From positions 40,564 through 104,563 of IMG/VR virus record IMGVR_UViG_3300047440_000809: 64,000 nt of DNA; one strand, 5' to 3'. The position numbers and the translations under genes are program-made. The notes under the pieces were generated by a model that was given only the letters and a program-made list of their open reading frames with translations, was not told where the DNA came from and made no database searches. Source of the DNA: a virus. Below, piece by piece: positions 1 to 9,316 of the stretch. Numbering within the stretch: the stretch's first letter is position 1; each line of letters opens with the position of its first letter.

Positions 1-4
1 CAAC

Positions 5-1033
5 ATGGGAGTCCAGAAGGACTTCTTCATGCAGATGATCGAGATGAAGGGCAGCGACAACACGCCCTGGTGGGGTAGCATGATCCAGGAAGGGTTGAAC
101 CGGGTTGGCGCGGTCGGGGAGATGATGGCCGCTCGGCAACAGCAGCAACAGCAAGAGCCGCAGTACGTGCCGCCCCCGCCGCGCCAACAGCAACAGCAGT
201 CGCGCGCGCAGACGGTGCCCGGCATCCCGGTCGCGCCCGCGATCCCGTCCGTCGGGCGCCCCGGCTTCATCGACACGGGGCTGCGCCCGCCGGGCGCCGA
301 GCACGACGTCGAGAACGACGAGTGGCTGCTCCCGGGCGGGCACCGCGTGAAGAACTCGCTCGTGCAGCAGCGTGGGTGGAAGTTCGCCCTCGACGACCTG
401 GCGAGGCGCGTGTCGCACGCGGCGCCGGTGATGGTGGTCCCTGCGCCGGCTCCCGCGGCCGACGTGCCGATGAACGGCGCCGGCAATGGCGTGGGTCATG
501 CCCCTCCCGCGGCGGCAGCTCCACCAGCGGCAGCTCCGCGCGGGCGGCGAGCAGCGACAGCGAGTGCCAGGAAGCCCCCCAGGCGGCGAGCGCCCGCAGC
601 TCCCCCGATGGCGCCGCCGGCAGACCCCAAGGGATACACCGGGGCGGAGGTCGCGGCAGCATCCATCCACGACGTGTTCGAGGCGACCAAGGTATCGCCC
701 GACCCGCAGTTCTTCGGCGAGGTCTGGAACTACGTGCAGCAGATGCGCGCGAATCCGCCAACACCGGAGGCAGCAGTCAGCTACATCATGCAGGCGCGGT
801 CGTACGTGCGCTCGCGGGGGAAGAACTCGCCGGCGATGGAACTGCTCGACGCCGAGCACTTCGAGGTGCTCGTGATGCGGCTCTTCCCCGAGCTGCCCGA
901 GGACTACCAGCACGCCGTCGTGGAGGGGCTGCGTGCGCAGTTGTCGGGCGGCGGCGGCGAGGAAGGTGGTGGCGAAGGCGGCGGGGAGGGTGAGGGCGAA
1001 GATGACGACGAAGGCGAGGAGGCACAACAATGA
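5..1033 (+). CDS. Pro/Gln/Ala-rich hypothetical protein with acidic C-terminus, probably 5'-truncated by the window edge
   Basis: Long ORF open from the window start; its stop overlaps the next ATG. Confidence 0.7.
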   Translation: MGVQKDFFMQMIEMKGSDNTPWWGSMIQEGLNRVGAVGEMMAARQQQQQQEPQYVPPPPRQQQQQSRAQTVPGIPVAPAIPSVGRPGFIDTGLRPPGAEHDVENDEWLLPGGHRVKNSLVQQRGWKFALDDLARRVSHAAPVMVVPAPAPAADVPMNGAGNGVGHAPPAAAAPPAAAPRGRRAATASARKPPRRRAPAAPPMAPPADPKGYTGAEVAAASIHDVFEATKVSPDPQFFGEVWNYVQQMRANPPTPEAAVSYIMQARSYVRSRGKNSPAMELLDAEHFEVLVMRLFPELPEDYQHAVVEGLRAQLSGGGGEEGGGEGGGEGEGEDDDEGEEAQQ

Positions 1034-1584
1034 GCTTCGGCACGACGTTCATGGGTGAGGCGATTGCACACGAGAGTACGGATGCGGTCGACGACAGCGA
1101 AGAGTTGTTCAACGAGATGGAGTGGGTGCGCGAGATGTTCGCCGAGCACCCCGACGAGCTGACCACGGGACTGCACGTCAAAGCGCTGCTGGACAAGGTT
1201 CGCGCCGGCGCGGTTACCGTGACGGACGAAGACCGCGCGTGGCTGGAAGCGCTGGCGCCTGCGTACGACGCGCTGACGCAGGCGTGGGCCAGCGGTCAGT
1301 CTTTCCCGAAGCTGCGACTACCGGGAGGGCTGTTCGCCGGTCCTGATATCAGAGACGCCGGCCCGCTCTCGGGGTTTCCGAAGCCACCCTACCGTACGCG
1401 GCGTGATCCTCGGATCGAAGCCCATGCGGTGAACCAGGCGCGTGCAGCCGCGCGCTCCGTGCTACCAGGCATCGACATGCAGGTCGTGCTCAGTGGCATG
1501 GACGCCCTGCGCGTCACGGCCTACCGCGGGCTGCACGCGCTGTCGCAGAAGATCAGCGACCTCGCCAATCGCTTCGGCCCCTGA
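1030..1584 (+). CDS. hypothetical protein
   Basis: ATGA coupling to the upstream ORF; normal composition. Confidence 0.7.
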   Translation: MSFGTTFMGEAIAHESTDAVDDSEELFNEMEWVREMFAEHPDELTTGLHVKALLDKVRAGAVTVTDEDRAWLEALAPAYDALTQAWASGQSFPKLRLPGGLFAGPDIRDAGPLSGFPKPPYRTRRDPRIEAHAVNQARAAARSVLPGIDMQVVLSGMDALRVTAYRGLHALSQKISDLANRFGP

Positions 1585-1757
1585 TGTTCGAGAACCCGAA
1601 AGTCGTAGCGCGCGGGTCGATCATCGGCGGCCTCGTCAACACCGCTCTCGCCGCCCGCTGCTTCTTCGTGCACGAGTACGTCGTCGGAGGCTGGCTTGCG
1701 CTCCTGTCGCTGGCGATGGTCGGGCAGTTCTATCTGGCGGGGAGCCAGGAGAAGTGA
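1584..1757 (+). CDS. small membrane protein (57 aa)
   Basis: TGATG overlap; two hydrophobic segments (translated by hand, below ORF-track cutoff). Confidence 0.5.
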   Translation: MFENPKVVARGSIIGGLVNTALAARCFFVHEYVVGGWLALLSLAMVGQFYLAGSQEK

Positions 1758-2123
1758 GCGACGTCTGCGCGTGCGGCCCCGAGCGCGACACGAAGGACAA
1801 GGAGCTGGTCAGCAGGGGCGTGCCAGCCATGATGCTCTGGTTCTGTTGCGACTGCGGGAAGCCCCGGCCCGGGACGCCCGTCGCGCCCGGCGGCGAGATG
1901 TACAAGCCGGTCGATGGAAGCGCCACTCGAACGCCCTGACGCCGACGACATCCTCGTCGTGTGCGCGAACTGCGGCCACATCGAGGACTTCCACGCGGAG
2001 GAGAAGGAAGGGCAGGACCGCTGGTGCCTCGCGCTGAACTGTCACGGCTGTCCCGGCTGGGCGCCGAAGTCGACGCGCGCCGCGATTTGACGACCAGCGG
2101 CGCCTGGGCGTACGCTCGTCTGC

Positions 2124-2333
2124 ATGGCACGACTCAGGCACCGTGGTCTCCGTAGGTTCATCTTCGGCGCCCCCAAGCGTCGCAAGCGGCGCGCCTCGGG
2201 CGTCGCTTCTCGCGCCAAGAACGCCCCCAAGCACTGCAAGGTGTCACTCGGCTCGTGCATGCGCGGGTCGGGCGGCCGGGCCAAGGCCAGCAAGTGCATG
2301 AAGGGCTACTGGCGCTGCATCAAGGGCGGCTGA
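2124..2333 (+). CDS. small Arg/Lys-rich Cys-containing protein, candidate virion core protein
   Basis: MARLRHR...; very basic; first of a coupled cluster. Confidence 0.6.
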   Translation: MARLRHRGLRRFIFGAPKRRKRRASGVASRAKNAPKHCKVSLGSCMRGSGGRAKASKCMKGYWRCIKGG

Positions 2334-2337
2334 CCGC

Positions 2338-2637
2338 GTGGCACGACGGCGGCGCGGCCTCGGCTCCGCAGGCGGTGACTGCGCCGTCTACGTGGGCACC
2401 AAGAACGACACGAACGGCAACCCGCGCCGCGGGTGGCTCGTCGATGTCGGCAGCACCACCGTGTTTGTGAACGAGGGCTACGTCGGGCGCGCCGCGCTCA
2501 AGAAGGCGTGCCCGAACGCCGTCGAGCGCTTCAGCCGCATCGAGATCACGCCGGGCGAGTACCGTTCGCTGCGGAAGCTGCCGAACGCGTGCTCGGGTGG
2601 GCAGGCACTGGACGGTGCTCGTCGTCGGAGGCGCTGA
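2338..2637 (+). CDS. basic protein with N-terminal RRRRGLG and C-terminal LDGARRRRR
   Basis: ORF track; coupled stop/start. Confidence 0.65.
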   Translation: MARRRRGLGSAGGDCAVYVGTKNDTNGNPRRGWLVDVGSTTVFVNEGYVGRAALKKACPNAVERFSRIEITPGEYRSLRKLPNACSGGQALDGARRRRR

Positions 2638-2942
2638 TGCGCGTCCAGAAGCACGGCAGGATCGTAGACATCCCGGTGCGCGCCGGCACCGTGGTCAAGC
2701 TGCGCGAGAACCGATCCGGCAACGTGACGGGGCAGAAGGCGATCGTCGTCGGCGCGATGAAGCCGAACGACTTTTCGCGGGCCTACGGCAAGCAGATCTA
2801 CGTCTGCACGGTCTACCGAGACGGCCCGAGCATCAGCGAGAAGGGCGCGGGCGACGTGTACCCTGTCGGACGCGCGAAGCGTGTTCCGAAGATGTGCAAG
2901 GAAGCGCTCGTGGACTACAAGAAGTCCTACGGGGATCGCTGA
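2637..2942 (+). CDS. small basic protein
   Basis: TGATG coupling; MRVQKHG... Confidence 0.65.
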   Translation: MRVQKHGRIVDIPVRAGTVVKLRENRSGNVTGQKAIVVGAMKPNDFSRAYGKQIYVCTVYRDGPSISEKGAGDVYPVGRAKRVPKMCKEALVDYKKSYGDR

Positions 2943-3169
2943 TGGCGAAGAAGAGCTACAACGCAATGGCACAAGTCGTGTGCGCCATCCGTGGTGGCTC
3001 GCGAACATCGATCGGCTTGTCGACCATCCTCGACATCAAGGCGAAGACGAAGGCCGGCGCGGAGCGCATCGCGAAGAGGACATGGCGGTCGCGCGGCGAG
3101 CTTCCTGTGCCTGGCATGAAGTACAAGGCGAAGTGCGTGCTGCATCCGTCGGTCGAGGAAGCGTACTGA
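2942..3169 (+). CDS. small basic protein
   Basis: TGATG coupling; MAKKSYN... Confidence 0.6.
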   Translation: MAKKSYNAMAQVVCAIRGGSRTSIGLSTILDIKAKTKAGAERIAKRTWRSRGELPVPGMKYKAKCVLHPSVEEAY

Positions 3170-3390
3170 TGGCCCGCCGCACCTACCGTCCGGGCTCGGG
3201 TATGCGTGAGATCGCCGCGCATCAGGTCCGGCGAGTTCGTCAGGCACTCGCGGCGGGGTTGTGCAAAGAAGCGGAGCTTCGTCTCGACAGCCTCGTGCAC
3301 AGCCGAGCCAACCGCGAGCGTGTGGTCCGCTCGGGGACGATCGCGCGGCTGCACGCGGCGGTTCGTCGTTGCCCTGTGGGGGGACGCTGA
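3169..3390 (+). CDS. small Arg-rich protein
   Basis: TGATG coupling; MARRTYR... Confidence 0.6.
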   Translation: MARRTYRPGSGMREIAAHQVRRVRQALAAGLCKEAELRLDSLVHSRANRERVVRSGTIARLHAAVRRCPVGGR

Positions 3391-3731
3391 TGGCACGCAA
3401 GTGTGACTGGCACTACGCCCCGAAGACGATCCTGACGATGAAGGACGGCACGCGTCCCGTCGTGAGCGCACGCGTCTACCCTCCCGGGCAGCATCCGGCT
3501 GCATCGCCGATCGTGAAGACGGTGACGGCCGTGCAGCTCACTAACGATCGGGGCAATTCGCGCTGGTACGGCTTCGACGATGCGCGCATCGCGGCCAACC
3601 TGCGGCTCGTCGCGTGCGGGGGTTTCATCAACCCCCGGAACGAGATCGCGAAGGACTGGAAGCGCTGTGGGAAGATTTGCAACAACCTGTCTGGATCTCT
3701 CGCGGGGTCTCGACGCCGCCGCCGTCGATGA
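3390..3731 (+). CDS. basic protein ending LSGSLAGSRRRRRR
   Basis: TGATG coupling; MARKCDW... Confidence 0.65.
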   Translation: MARKCDWHYAPKTILTMKDGTRPVVSARVYPPGQHPAASPIVKTVTAVQLTNDRGNSRWYGFDDARIAANLRLVACGGFINPRNEIAKDWKRCGKICNNLSGSLAGSRRRRRR

Positions 3732-3994
3732 GCCGCAAGCGCTACTGCCACGCCGGCTACGACGACGAGGGCCGGGCGCTCTTCACCGAGCACGGCTCTG
3801 ACGGCACCGAGATGCGCACCATCGTCGGGTCCCCCGAATCCGGCAAGCCCATACCACCGGGGCGCGGGCTCGCGCTCGTCACGGCGGAGGCGGATGGCAG
3901 GCACGTGACCATGGAAGACGTCGTCATGCCGGGGCCGGCGCAGGTGGCGACCGAGAGCTACCGGCGCGGCTGGGACGCGACGTTCAAGAACTGA
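3728..3994 (+). CDS. hypothetical protein
   Basis: ATGA coupling; MSRKRYC... Confidence 0.6.
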   Translation: MSRKRYCHAGYDDEGRALFTEHGSDGTEMRTIVGSPESGKPIPPGRGLALVTAEADGRHVTMEDVVMPGPAQVATESYRRGWDATFKN

Positions 3995-4242
3995 TGAGCG
4001 CCGCGTAGGCGAGGAGAGCGTCGACGTCGGGGCCCGACCAGCCGCGTGCCCACACGATGCCCTCTTCGTGGACGAAGTCCCCGCTGGCCTGCCCGGTCGA
4101 GGCACTCCACCAAAACGTTCCGCCTCAAGTCAAGAACTGAGTATCCAGAGCCAGCGGACCAGCACGCAGAAGCAGTACCCGAGCACGAGCACCAAGAAGA
4201 CGATGAGCCCGCCCCACCCGATCTTCTCTTTGTCCGGGTTCA

Positions 4243-4272
4243 TCAGTTGCTCGCCGCGTGAAGTTGTTTGAC
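4243..4272. repeat. 30-bp direct repeat, copy 1 (28/30 identical to 4714-4743)
   Basis: TCAGTTGCTCGCCGCGTGAAGTTGTTTGAC. Confidence 0.85.
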
Positions 4273-4283
4273 GACGAGGCTGC

Positions 4284-4712
4284 CTAGCGCATGTACGGCC
4301 CGTAGTTCCGCGCGAGGCAGAACTCGAACGCCGTCTTGCGTAGCTCGCGGGGGAGCTTCGCGGCCGTGACGATCCGCCCGGCCTCCTGCAAGCGCTTGAT
4401 GGTCTGATAATTGGCCCCGCGTTCGCGCTTCGCCTCGGCGCGCTCGCGCTCGATCTTCTGCTTGCGCTCTTCGGCGGCCTTCGCGCGGACGGCCTTCTTG
4501 ATCGCGTTCACGGCCGCACCGGTCCACCCGCGGCACCACCCGTTGCTGTGGCCCTCGGCCGACAGGTAGTGCGATCCACCCGTACCGGCGGGTTTACCGT
4601 CCGTCCAGTCGAACGTGTGGCTGTCGATGTTCGTGACGGTCGCGCGGATCGTGTTGATGGCGATCAAGACCTTGTCGCCCTTCTTGAGTGCTACCTTCGC
4701 TATCGTCTCCAT
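4284..4712 (-). CDS. DEGxxWxRG-family paralog (divergent) with coiled-coil tail
   Basis: LKKGDKV...SAEGHSNGWCRGW. Confidence 0.65.
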   Translation of the reverse strand: METIAKVALKKGDKVLIAINTIRATVTNIDSHTFDWTDGKPAGTGGSHYLSAEGHSNGWCRGWTGAAVNAIKKAVRAKAAEERKQKIERERAEAKRERGANYQTIKRLQEAGRIVTAAKLPRELRKTAFEFCLARNYGPYMR

Positions 4713-4713
4713 C

Positions 4714-4743
4714 TCAGTTGCTCCCGGCGTGAAGTTGTTTGAC
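4714..4743. repeat. 30-bp direct repeat, copy 2 (3' end of gene 4714-5235)
   Basis: TCAGTTGCTCCCGGCGTGAAGTTGTTTGAC. Confidence 0.85.
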
Positions 4744-5235
4744 AGCGTCGCGTACCAGCAGCTCCTCCGACAGCGTGGGGTCGAGACCCGACACGACCGG
4801 CTCGAACTCGTACTTCTTGTAGCCCAGCTCCTTGAGCGCCCCGCGCACGGCATCGAGCTTCATGCGCTGCGCGGGGGCGACCTTGGGCTCGGCAGCGTCC
4901 TCCTCCAGCTTCTCCATGAAGTGCCGCTGGACAGTGCGCCGGCGCTCGGCCACGTGCATCTCGTCGACTACCCTCCCGACGCGTGCCTCGCGCCCGTGCC
5001 AGACCCACGAGAAGAACCCGCGGACCGCGCCGTGCGGGATCACGAGCATCAGCCCGACCCCGAGCATCACGAGCGCCACGAGCGTGGAGCCGGTCTGCCC
5101 GAGCAGCGTGGCCGAGGCGCGGGAGATGAGCTGCCCGATGAGACCGCACGTGCCGGCGAAGGCGTAGAAGAACGTGGCGGCGAGCAGCAAGAAGCCGATG
5201 AGGAGGCGCTTACGGGCGGGGTGGAGGTTCTTCAT
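4714..5235 (-). CDS. membrane protein with C-terminal RuvA domain III-like helical domain
   Basis: 2-3 TM segments then AVRGALKELGYKKYE...LVRDAVKQL. Confidence 0.6.
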   Translation of the reverse strand: MKNLHPARKRLLIGFLLLAATFFYAFAGTCGLIGQLISRASATLLGQTGSTLVALVMLGVGLMLVIPHGAVRGFFSWVWHGREARVGRVVDEMHVAERRRTVQRHFMEKLEEDAAEPKVAPAQRMKLDAVRGALKELGYKKYEFEPVVSGLDPTLSEELLVRDAVKQLHAGSN

Positions 5236-5240
5236 GGGGG

Positions 5241-5435
5241 TTACTCCTCGCAGTCTTGGTTGCAGTCTTCGCAGTTGGCGCGTTCCTGGTCACGATGGTC
5301 AGGACACACCTCGGCTACGTGGGCGGTAGTGTCATCGGTGCAGTTAGCAGCCATCCACGCTTGTGCCGTCTCGGGCGAGTAGAACTCGTCGGCGACGACC
5401 CCCTCCTCGTCCGTGAAAACACCGTATTCAGTCAC
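5241..5435 (-). CDS. small acidic Cys-rich protein
   Basis: ORF directly after a conserved promoter motif. Confidence 0.6.
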   Translation of the reverse strand: MTEYGVFTDEEGVVADEFYSPETAQAWMAANCTDDTTAHVAEVCPDHRDQERANCEDCNQDCEE

Positions 5436-5480
5436 GTGCCAACACTATATCAACATCCGTGCCAACCCTCTTGATATCAG
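5436..5480 (-). promoter_or_regulatory. TGATATCA box plus sigma54-like promoter (variant -12)
   Basis: Minus strand CTGATATCAAGAGGGT-TGGCACGGATGTTGA-TATAGTGTTGGCAC-GTG. Confidence 0.55.
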
Positions 5481-5701
5481 CAGCCGCAGCTTCCTGGGCC
5501 ACCGTGACGGCAATCGTGCTCCCACAGATGATGCAATCCCGCCACACGAACAAGACTGTGCCCTTTTCGCCCCACTGGGCTCGGGGGTTGGAGGTCAGCG
5601 CGGCCAGCATCTTGGGGTTGCCGGCAATCACCTCGTGGTCTTCGGTCAGGTGCATGGTCGTGATATCGACAGGTCGTGTTATGTCTTTAGCAGCGCCCGC
5701 T

Positions 5702-6046
5702 TCATGGCTTCTTGTCCGTCGTGAGCGCGTGCGCGGCGATAGCAGCTCGGAAGGACTCCACGGCACCATTGACGACGTCGAGGGTAGGAGCGAGCTTGGC
5801 GTGCGGCAAAGACGTAACCGCGAGAGCACACGACGAACAGATGGCCACCAAGGACCCCGCGGCGATGACCGTGCCCTGGGGTTCAACACGCAACTGCTGG
5901 GTAATCGACTGTCTGAAGTGGTCCTTGCACCGGTCCTGTTGGCAGAACGGACACACCGCAAAGAACGCCCGGTCGCACCGTGTTGAAGGCTCGCTGTGCG
6001 ATCCCGGAATCTCCTCGTCACACACGCGCATCGTCCGTGTCGACAT
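5702..6046 (-). CDS. Zn-finger (B-box-like) protein, paralog of 53908-54321
   Basis: CD...CPFCQQDRCKDH...CSSC. Confidence 0.6.
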   Translation of the reverse strand: MSTRTMRVCDEEIPGSHSEPSTRCDRAFFAVCPFCQQDRCKDHFRQSITQQLRVEPQGTVIAAGSLVAICSSCALAVTSLPHAKLAPTLDVVNGAVESFRAAIAAHALTTDKKP

Positions 6047-6387
6047 CACTTCACCCCCAACAGCGCTCGGGCCGCCAAGAACGCCGCGCGAGCTTCGGGT
6101 CCGTGGCCGCGCGTCCAGGTGACCATCTCGTCGTTCTCCCAGACGCCGCCGGTACGTGCACCGCACTTCCAGTAGATGCGGTTACCGCGATCCGTGTGCC
6201 ACTGCGCCTCGTCGTTCGCGGTGACGGTAGCGCGCAACAGCCGCAACGGGCGGTCGAGAACCCATCGACGCGGTTGCTTCTTGCGCGGCTTCGTGAACCC
6301 GTTGCGCCCGCGCTCGAACACCTGCGTCGCATCGGAGCCCGAGTCCACCACCGTGATGCCGAAGCCGATGCAGGGCAGCTCGCTCAT
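6046..6387 (-). CDS. DEGxxWxRG-family paralog
   Basis: ENDEMVTWTRGHGPEARAAFLAARALL. Confidence 0.7.
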   Translation of the reverse strand: MSELPCIGFGITVVDSGSDATQVFERGRNGFTKPRKKQPRRWVLDRPLRLLRATVTANDEAQWHTDRGNRIYWKCGARTGGVWENDEMVTWTRGHGPEARAAFLAARALLGVK

Positions 6388-6809
6388 CGCCTGATGGCCT
6401 CGCGGATCATCAAGCTCACGGCGTTGGCGGGCGTGCCGAGAGCGATTGCAGCTCGGATGGCGGGGAGGTGCTTGCTTAGCCTCGCAGCGAGCTTTTCAAC
6501 GCGCATGCAGCTGTAATCGGGGTACGTGTAGTCGATTGCCCCGATCAGGTATTTGTCTTCGTGACGTACGTACCAGGAGAAGTCGCTGGACCTCTCGTAA
6601 CGCACGAGTGGCATGCCAAGGGCCTCAGCAAGATCCTTGTGCTCGCCACCGATCTCAACAGCGTTGTCCCTGCCGCCGAGCACGTCGAACGCACGTTCTC
6701 GCGCCTCGGTGTACGCCTTACCAGCCGCTTGCTCAGCATTCCACCGCGCGCGTGTCTCCGGCGATGCTGGATGCTTCGGGCGAAACCGCGGGCCTCCTCC
6801 AGTCTTCAC
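6384..6809 (-). CDS. hypothetical protein
   Basis: Coupled GTG start; plausible composition. Confidence 0.55.
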   Translation of the reverse strand: MKTGGGPRFRPKHPASPETRARWNAEQAAGKAYTEARERAFDVLGGRDNAVEIGGEHKDLAEALGMPLVRYERSSDFSWYVRHEDKYLIGAIDYTYPDYSCMRVEKLAARLSKHLPAIRAAIALGTPANAVSLMIREAIRR

Positions 6810-7026
6810 CGCCGCACCACTCTCCAGCCCCCGGCGCCCACGTCGAGCACCACGGCGAGCCGGTGCATCCGGAGCGCGTACTGGAGCATCACCGCGAACT
6901 CCGCGACCAGCTCCTCCACGGCGGGCGTGAAGATGAAGCCGACGTGGCACACCCTCCCCACGAATGCCAGCGCGCGGAACTGCGTGCTCGGGGTGATCTC
7001 GATCGTCGGGTCGGTGGGGTTCGTGC

Positions 7027-7188
7027 TCACGTTCTCCTCCTCGCTGGTGGTTTCCACTGCTCGAACGCCGCGCTGACGTACTCGCGCAGGGTCATCCCCT
7101 GCCAGCTCGCGCGGCGGACCATCGCCATGTACTCCGGACCGGAGAGCCGCACGATGAGGTAGCGCATGAGGCCGTCGAGCGTCTTCAT
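7027..7188 (-). CDS. ribbon-helix-helix-like DNA-binding protein
   Basis: YLIVRLSGPEY...GMTLREYVSAA. Confidence 0.5.
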   Translation of the reverse strand: MKTLDGLMRYLIVRLSGPEYMAMVRRASWQGMTLREYVSAAFEQWKPPARRRT

Positions 7189-7439
7189 GACGACACCAGC
7201 GCCATCGCGACGCGGAGCGCACGAACCGTTGTCGAGTTCTTGTGGTGCCACCCGTGGACCCACGTGACGCCCTCGGCTGCAAGAGCGGCGTACGCACTCG
7301 CACCGTACTTCCAGGTGGCGCCAGACAGACGCGCGGTGTAGTAGCGGAAGTTGGGACCCCCATCGTTGATTGCGTCGACGACACCGTAGAGGACGCGGCC
7401 GTCCGTGCTCAGGCTCGTGATCTTGTCGCCGACCTTCAC
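7185..7439 (-). CDS. DEGxxWxRG-family paralog
   Basis: VKVGDKITSL...AAEGVTWVHGWHH...RALRVAMAL. Confidence 0.7.
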   Translation of the reverse strand: MKVGDKITSLSTDGRVLYGVVDAINDGGPNFRYYTARLSGATWKYGASAYAALAAEGVTWVHGWHHKNSTTVRALRVAMALVSS

Positions 7440-7753
7440 GTCCCCCACCCCTCTACGTGCAGCGGCACCCGCCATGGGATCTCGGCTACCATCCGGTCGC
7501 GCGCTTCGTATCGCACCATCACCGCGTCGTACCCGCGGTCCATCGTGACCCGAGCGGCCCGCGCGCCGCAGCGCCGCCAGTTGCACGTGGGGCAGTGGCA
7601 GGGGTTGGTCAGCGAGGATGCGGCGTCGTGCTCGGGGAGGCGGTTGATGATTCGACGAGACGTGATGACGTCGAGAGCGGCCGTGCGGGCGTTCGCTAAC
7701 CCGTGGGCGAGCTTGAGCGTGGCAGCGCGGTAGTAGAGGTCGTGGATGGTCAT
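7436..7753 (-). CDS. hypothetical protein (CxCxxC)
   Basis: Coupled ORF MTIHDLYY... Confidence 0.55.
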   Translation of the reverse strand: MTIHDLYYRAATLKLAHGLANARTAALDVITSRRIINRLPEHDAASSLTNPCHCPTCNWRRCGARAARVTMDRGYDAVMVRYEARDRMVAEIPWRVPLHVEGWGT

Positions 7754-8412
7754 GTGGCACCTCGGCAGACTGGACAGGGATCCACGGCGTGCCCGCGGAA
7801 CGTCAGGACACGAATCTTGCCGTCCGGCGTGGTGATGCGCTTCGTGACCTCGGGGCCTTTCGGCGGCAGACCGAACGTTGCATTCCACCACAGGCAACCG
7901 CCGAGTAGGCATGCGGCGTTGCGCTTAGCCTCGACCACCGGCAGACGATCGAACGCCCCTCTGACGTGCAACACGTGCCCAACAACGTCTCTCCAGCCGT
8001 CAGGCCACTGCACGGCGACGATGCGCCCACGGGCGAGCGCGACGGCGAGCGCGGGCGACCCGAGGTGGGTGAACATCACGGAGTCTGCTACGCCGACGAT
8101 CACAGCGGCCTCACCGTCACGTAGGCGCTCGGCGGCGAGCGCAGCCCGGTGATGACATGCCAGCGGCCGTCCAGCTCGATGAGGTAACCGAACGGCGTCT
8201 CGGCTGGCAGCACCGTGTCGAGCTGGACGTGGACGTCCGGCCGGCGGCCGTTGTCGATATGGAGGACGACCCGGAGGATCTTCACGATGTGAATCCCGGG
8301 CAGCCGCACACGAACGTGCCAGATGGACCTGCGCTGTAGCGCGCGGTACAGCGCCGCCCACGATGGCGCGTCTTGAGGTGACGACACCGCAGACACTTCT
8401 TCTCGCGCGGCT

Positions 8413-8769
8413 TCACGACTTGGCCTTCAAACGAAATCCCGCCTGTGCAGCCAGCAAGCCGAAGCGCCAGCCGTGGGTCTTCGAACAGAACGTGCCATCG
8501 CCGTTCGGACCGGGCTGTGTGTAGCGGTGCTTGCGGCTCACCACCTGACGGCGCCCGGCGTGCCCCGCGCGGCAGTCGGGGTCAGCACAGCGCCAATCCT
8601 CGGGCTCCCCTTTGAACTTCGTCGACTTGCAGGAGAAGGGCAGGTTGACGCCCTCATCGTAGTTCGACCGGCGAGCACCACAGATGCGCGGAGGCCGAGT
8701 TGCGTCTACGAAGTACGTCGTGTCGCAGACCCAACCGAGCTTCTTCTTGCAGTAGAGACAGTGGGCCAT
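8413..8769 (-). CDS. Cys-rich Zn-finger protein
   Basis: MAHCLYCKK...FCSKTHG. Confidence 0.55.
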   Translation of the reverse strand: MAHCLYCKKKLGWVCDTTYFVDATRPPRICGARRSNYDEGVNLPFSCKSTKFKGEPEDWRCADPDCRAGHAGRRQVVSRKHRYTQPGPNGDGTFCSKTHGWRFGLLAAQAGFRLKAKS

Positions 8770-9092
8770 CAGACGCGCTCCAGTCGGCGGGCCCACCGCC
8801 GTGCGAACCGCCGGCGCTCTTCTGCGTTGACGTGTGTTCCTGGGTCAGTCGAAAGCCGTCGCAGCGACGTCGCGAGACACCCGCGGCGGCGGTAGCTGTA
8901 GCAGAGCGCCAACAGATTGCTAGCGGCCAACTCGGCCGCAGTGTGCCGCACGCCAGCGTGCGCGTTGACGCAAGCGTCGATCGGATCGACCGAGTTCTCG
9001 TACTTGCGTCGTGCACTGACAAGCTTCTGCGCCCAGGCGGGCCTTGGCTGCTTGGACTCCCAGAAGTCCAGATGCACTTGAGAAATCGTCAT
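8769..9092 (-). CDS. hypothetical protein, first gene of the leftward operon
   Basis: ATG 14 nt after a sigma54-like -12 element. Confidence 0.55.
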   Translation of the reverse strand: MTISQVHLDFWESKQPRPAWAQKLVSARRKYENSVDPIDACVNAHAGVRHTAAELAASNLLALCYSYRRRGCLATSLRRLSTDPGTHVNAEERRRFARRWARRLERV

Positions 9093-9280
9093 GCGCCAAC
9101 AATACAGCAACCTCCATGCCACGCAAGCTTATCCTATATCAGCATCGCCACACACCCTCCTGATATCACTTCGCCACACCCTCTCCGCCACACCCGTGCT
9201 GATATCGCCACAGCAATCCCGAGTTCTCACCACACAAAAAGAACTTGGCGATGGCCCGCGCCTTGCTGTACTGTTGGCTC
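9093..9280. promoter_or_regulatory. divergent sigma54-type promoter pair with repeated TGATATC and CGCCACA boxes between them
   Basis: Minus TGGCATGGAGGTTGCT; plus TGGCCCGCGCCTTGCT; both GG-N10-GC. Confidence 0.65.
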
Positions 9281-9316
9281 GTCGGGCGGCAGCAAACTTC
9301 AACCAGGGAGATAGAG

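Noticed and set aside
1339-1352. TGATATCAG copies at ~1344 and ~27221
   Set aside because: They lie inside coding regions with no adjacent GG-N10-GC element, so are probably incidental.
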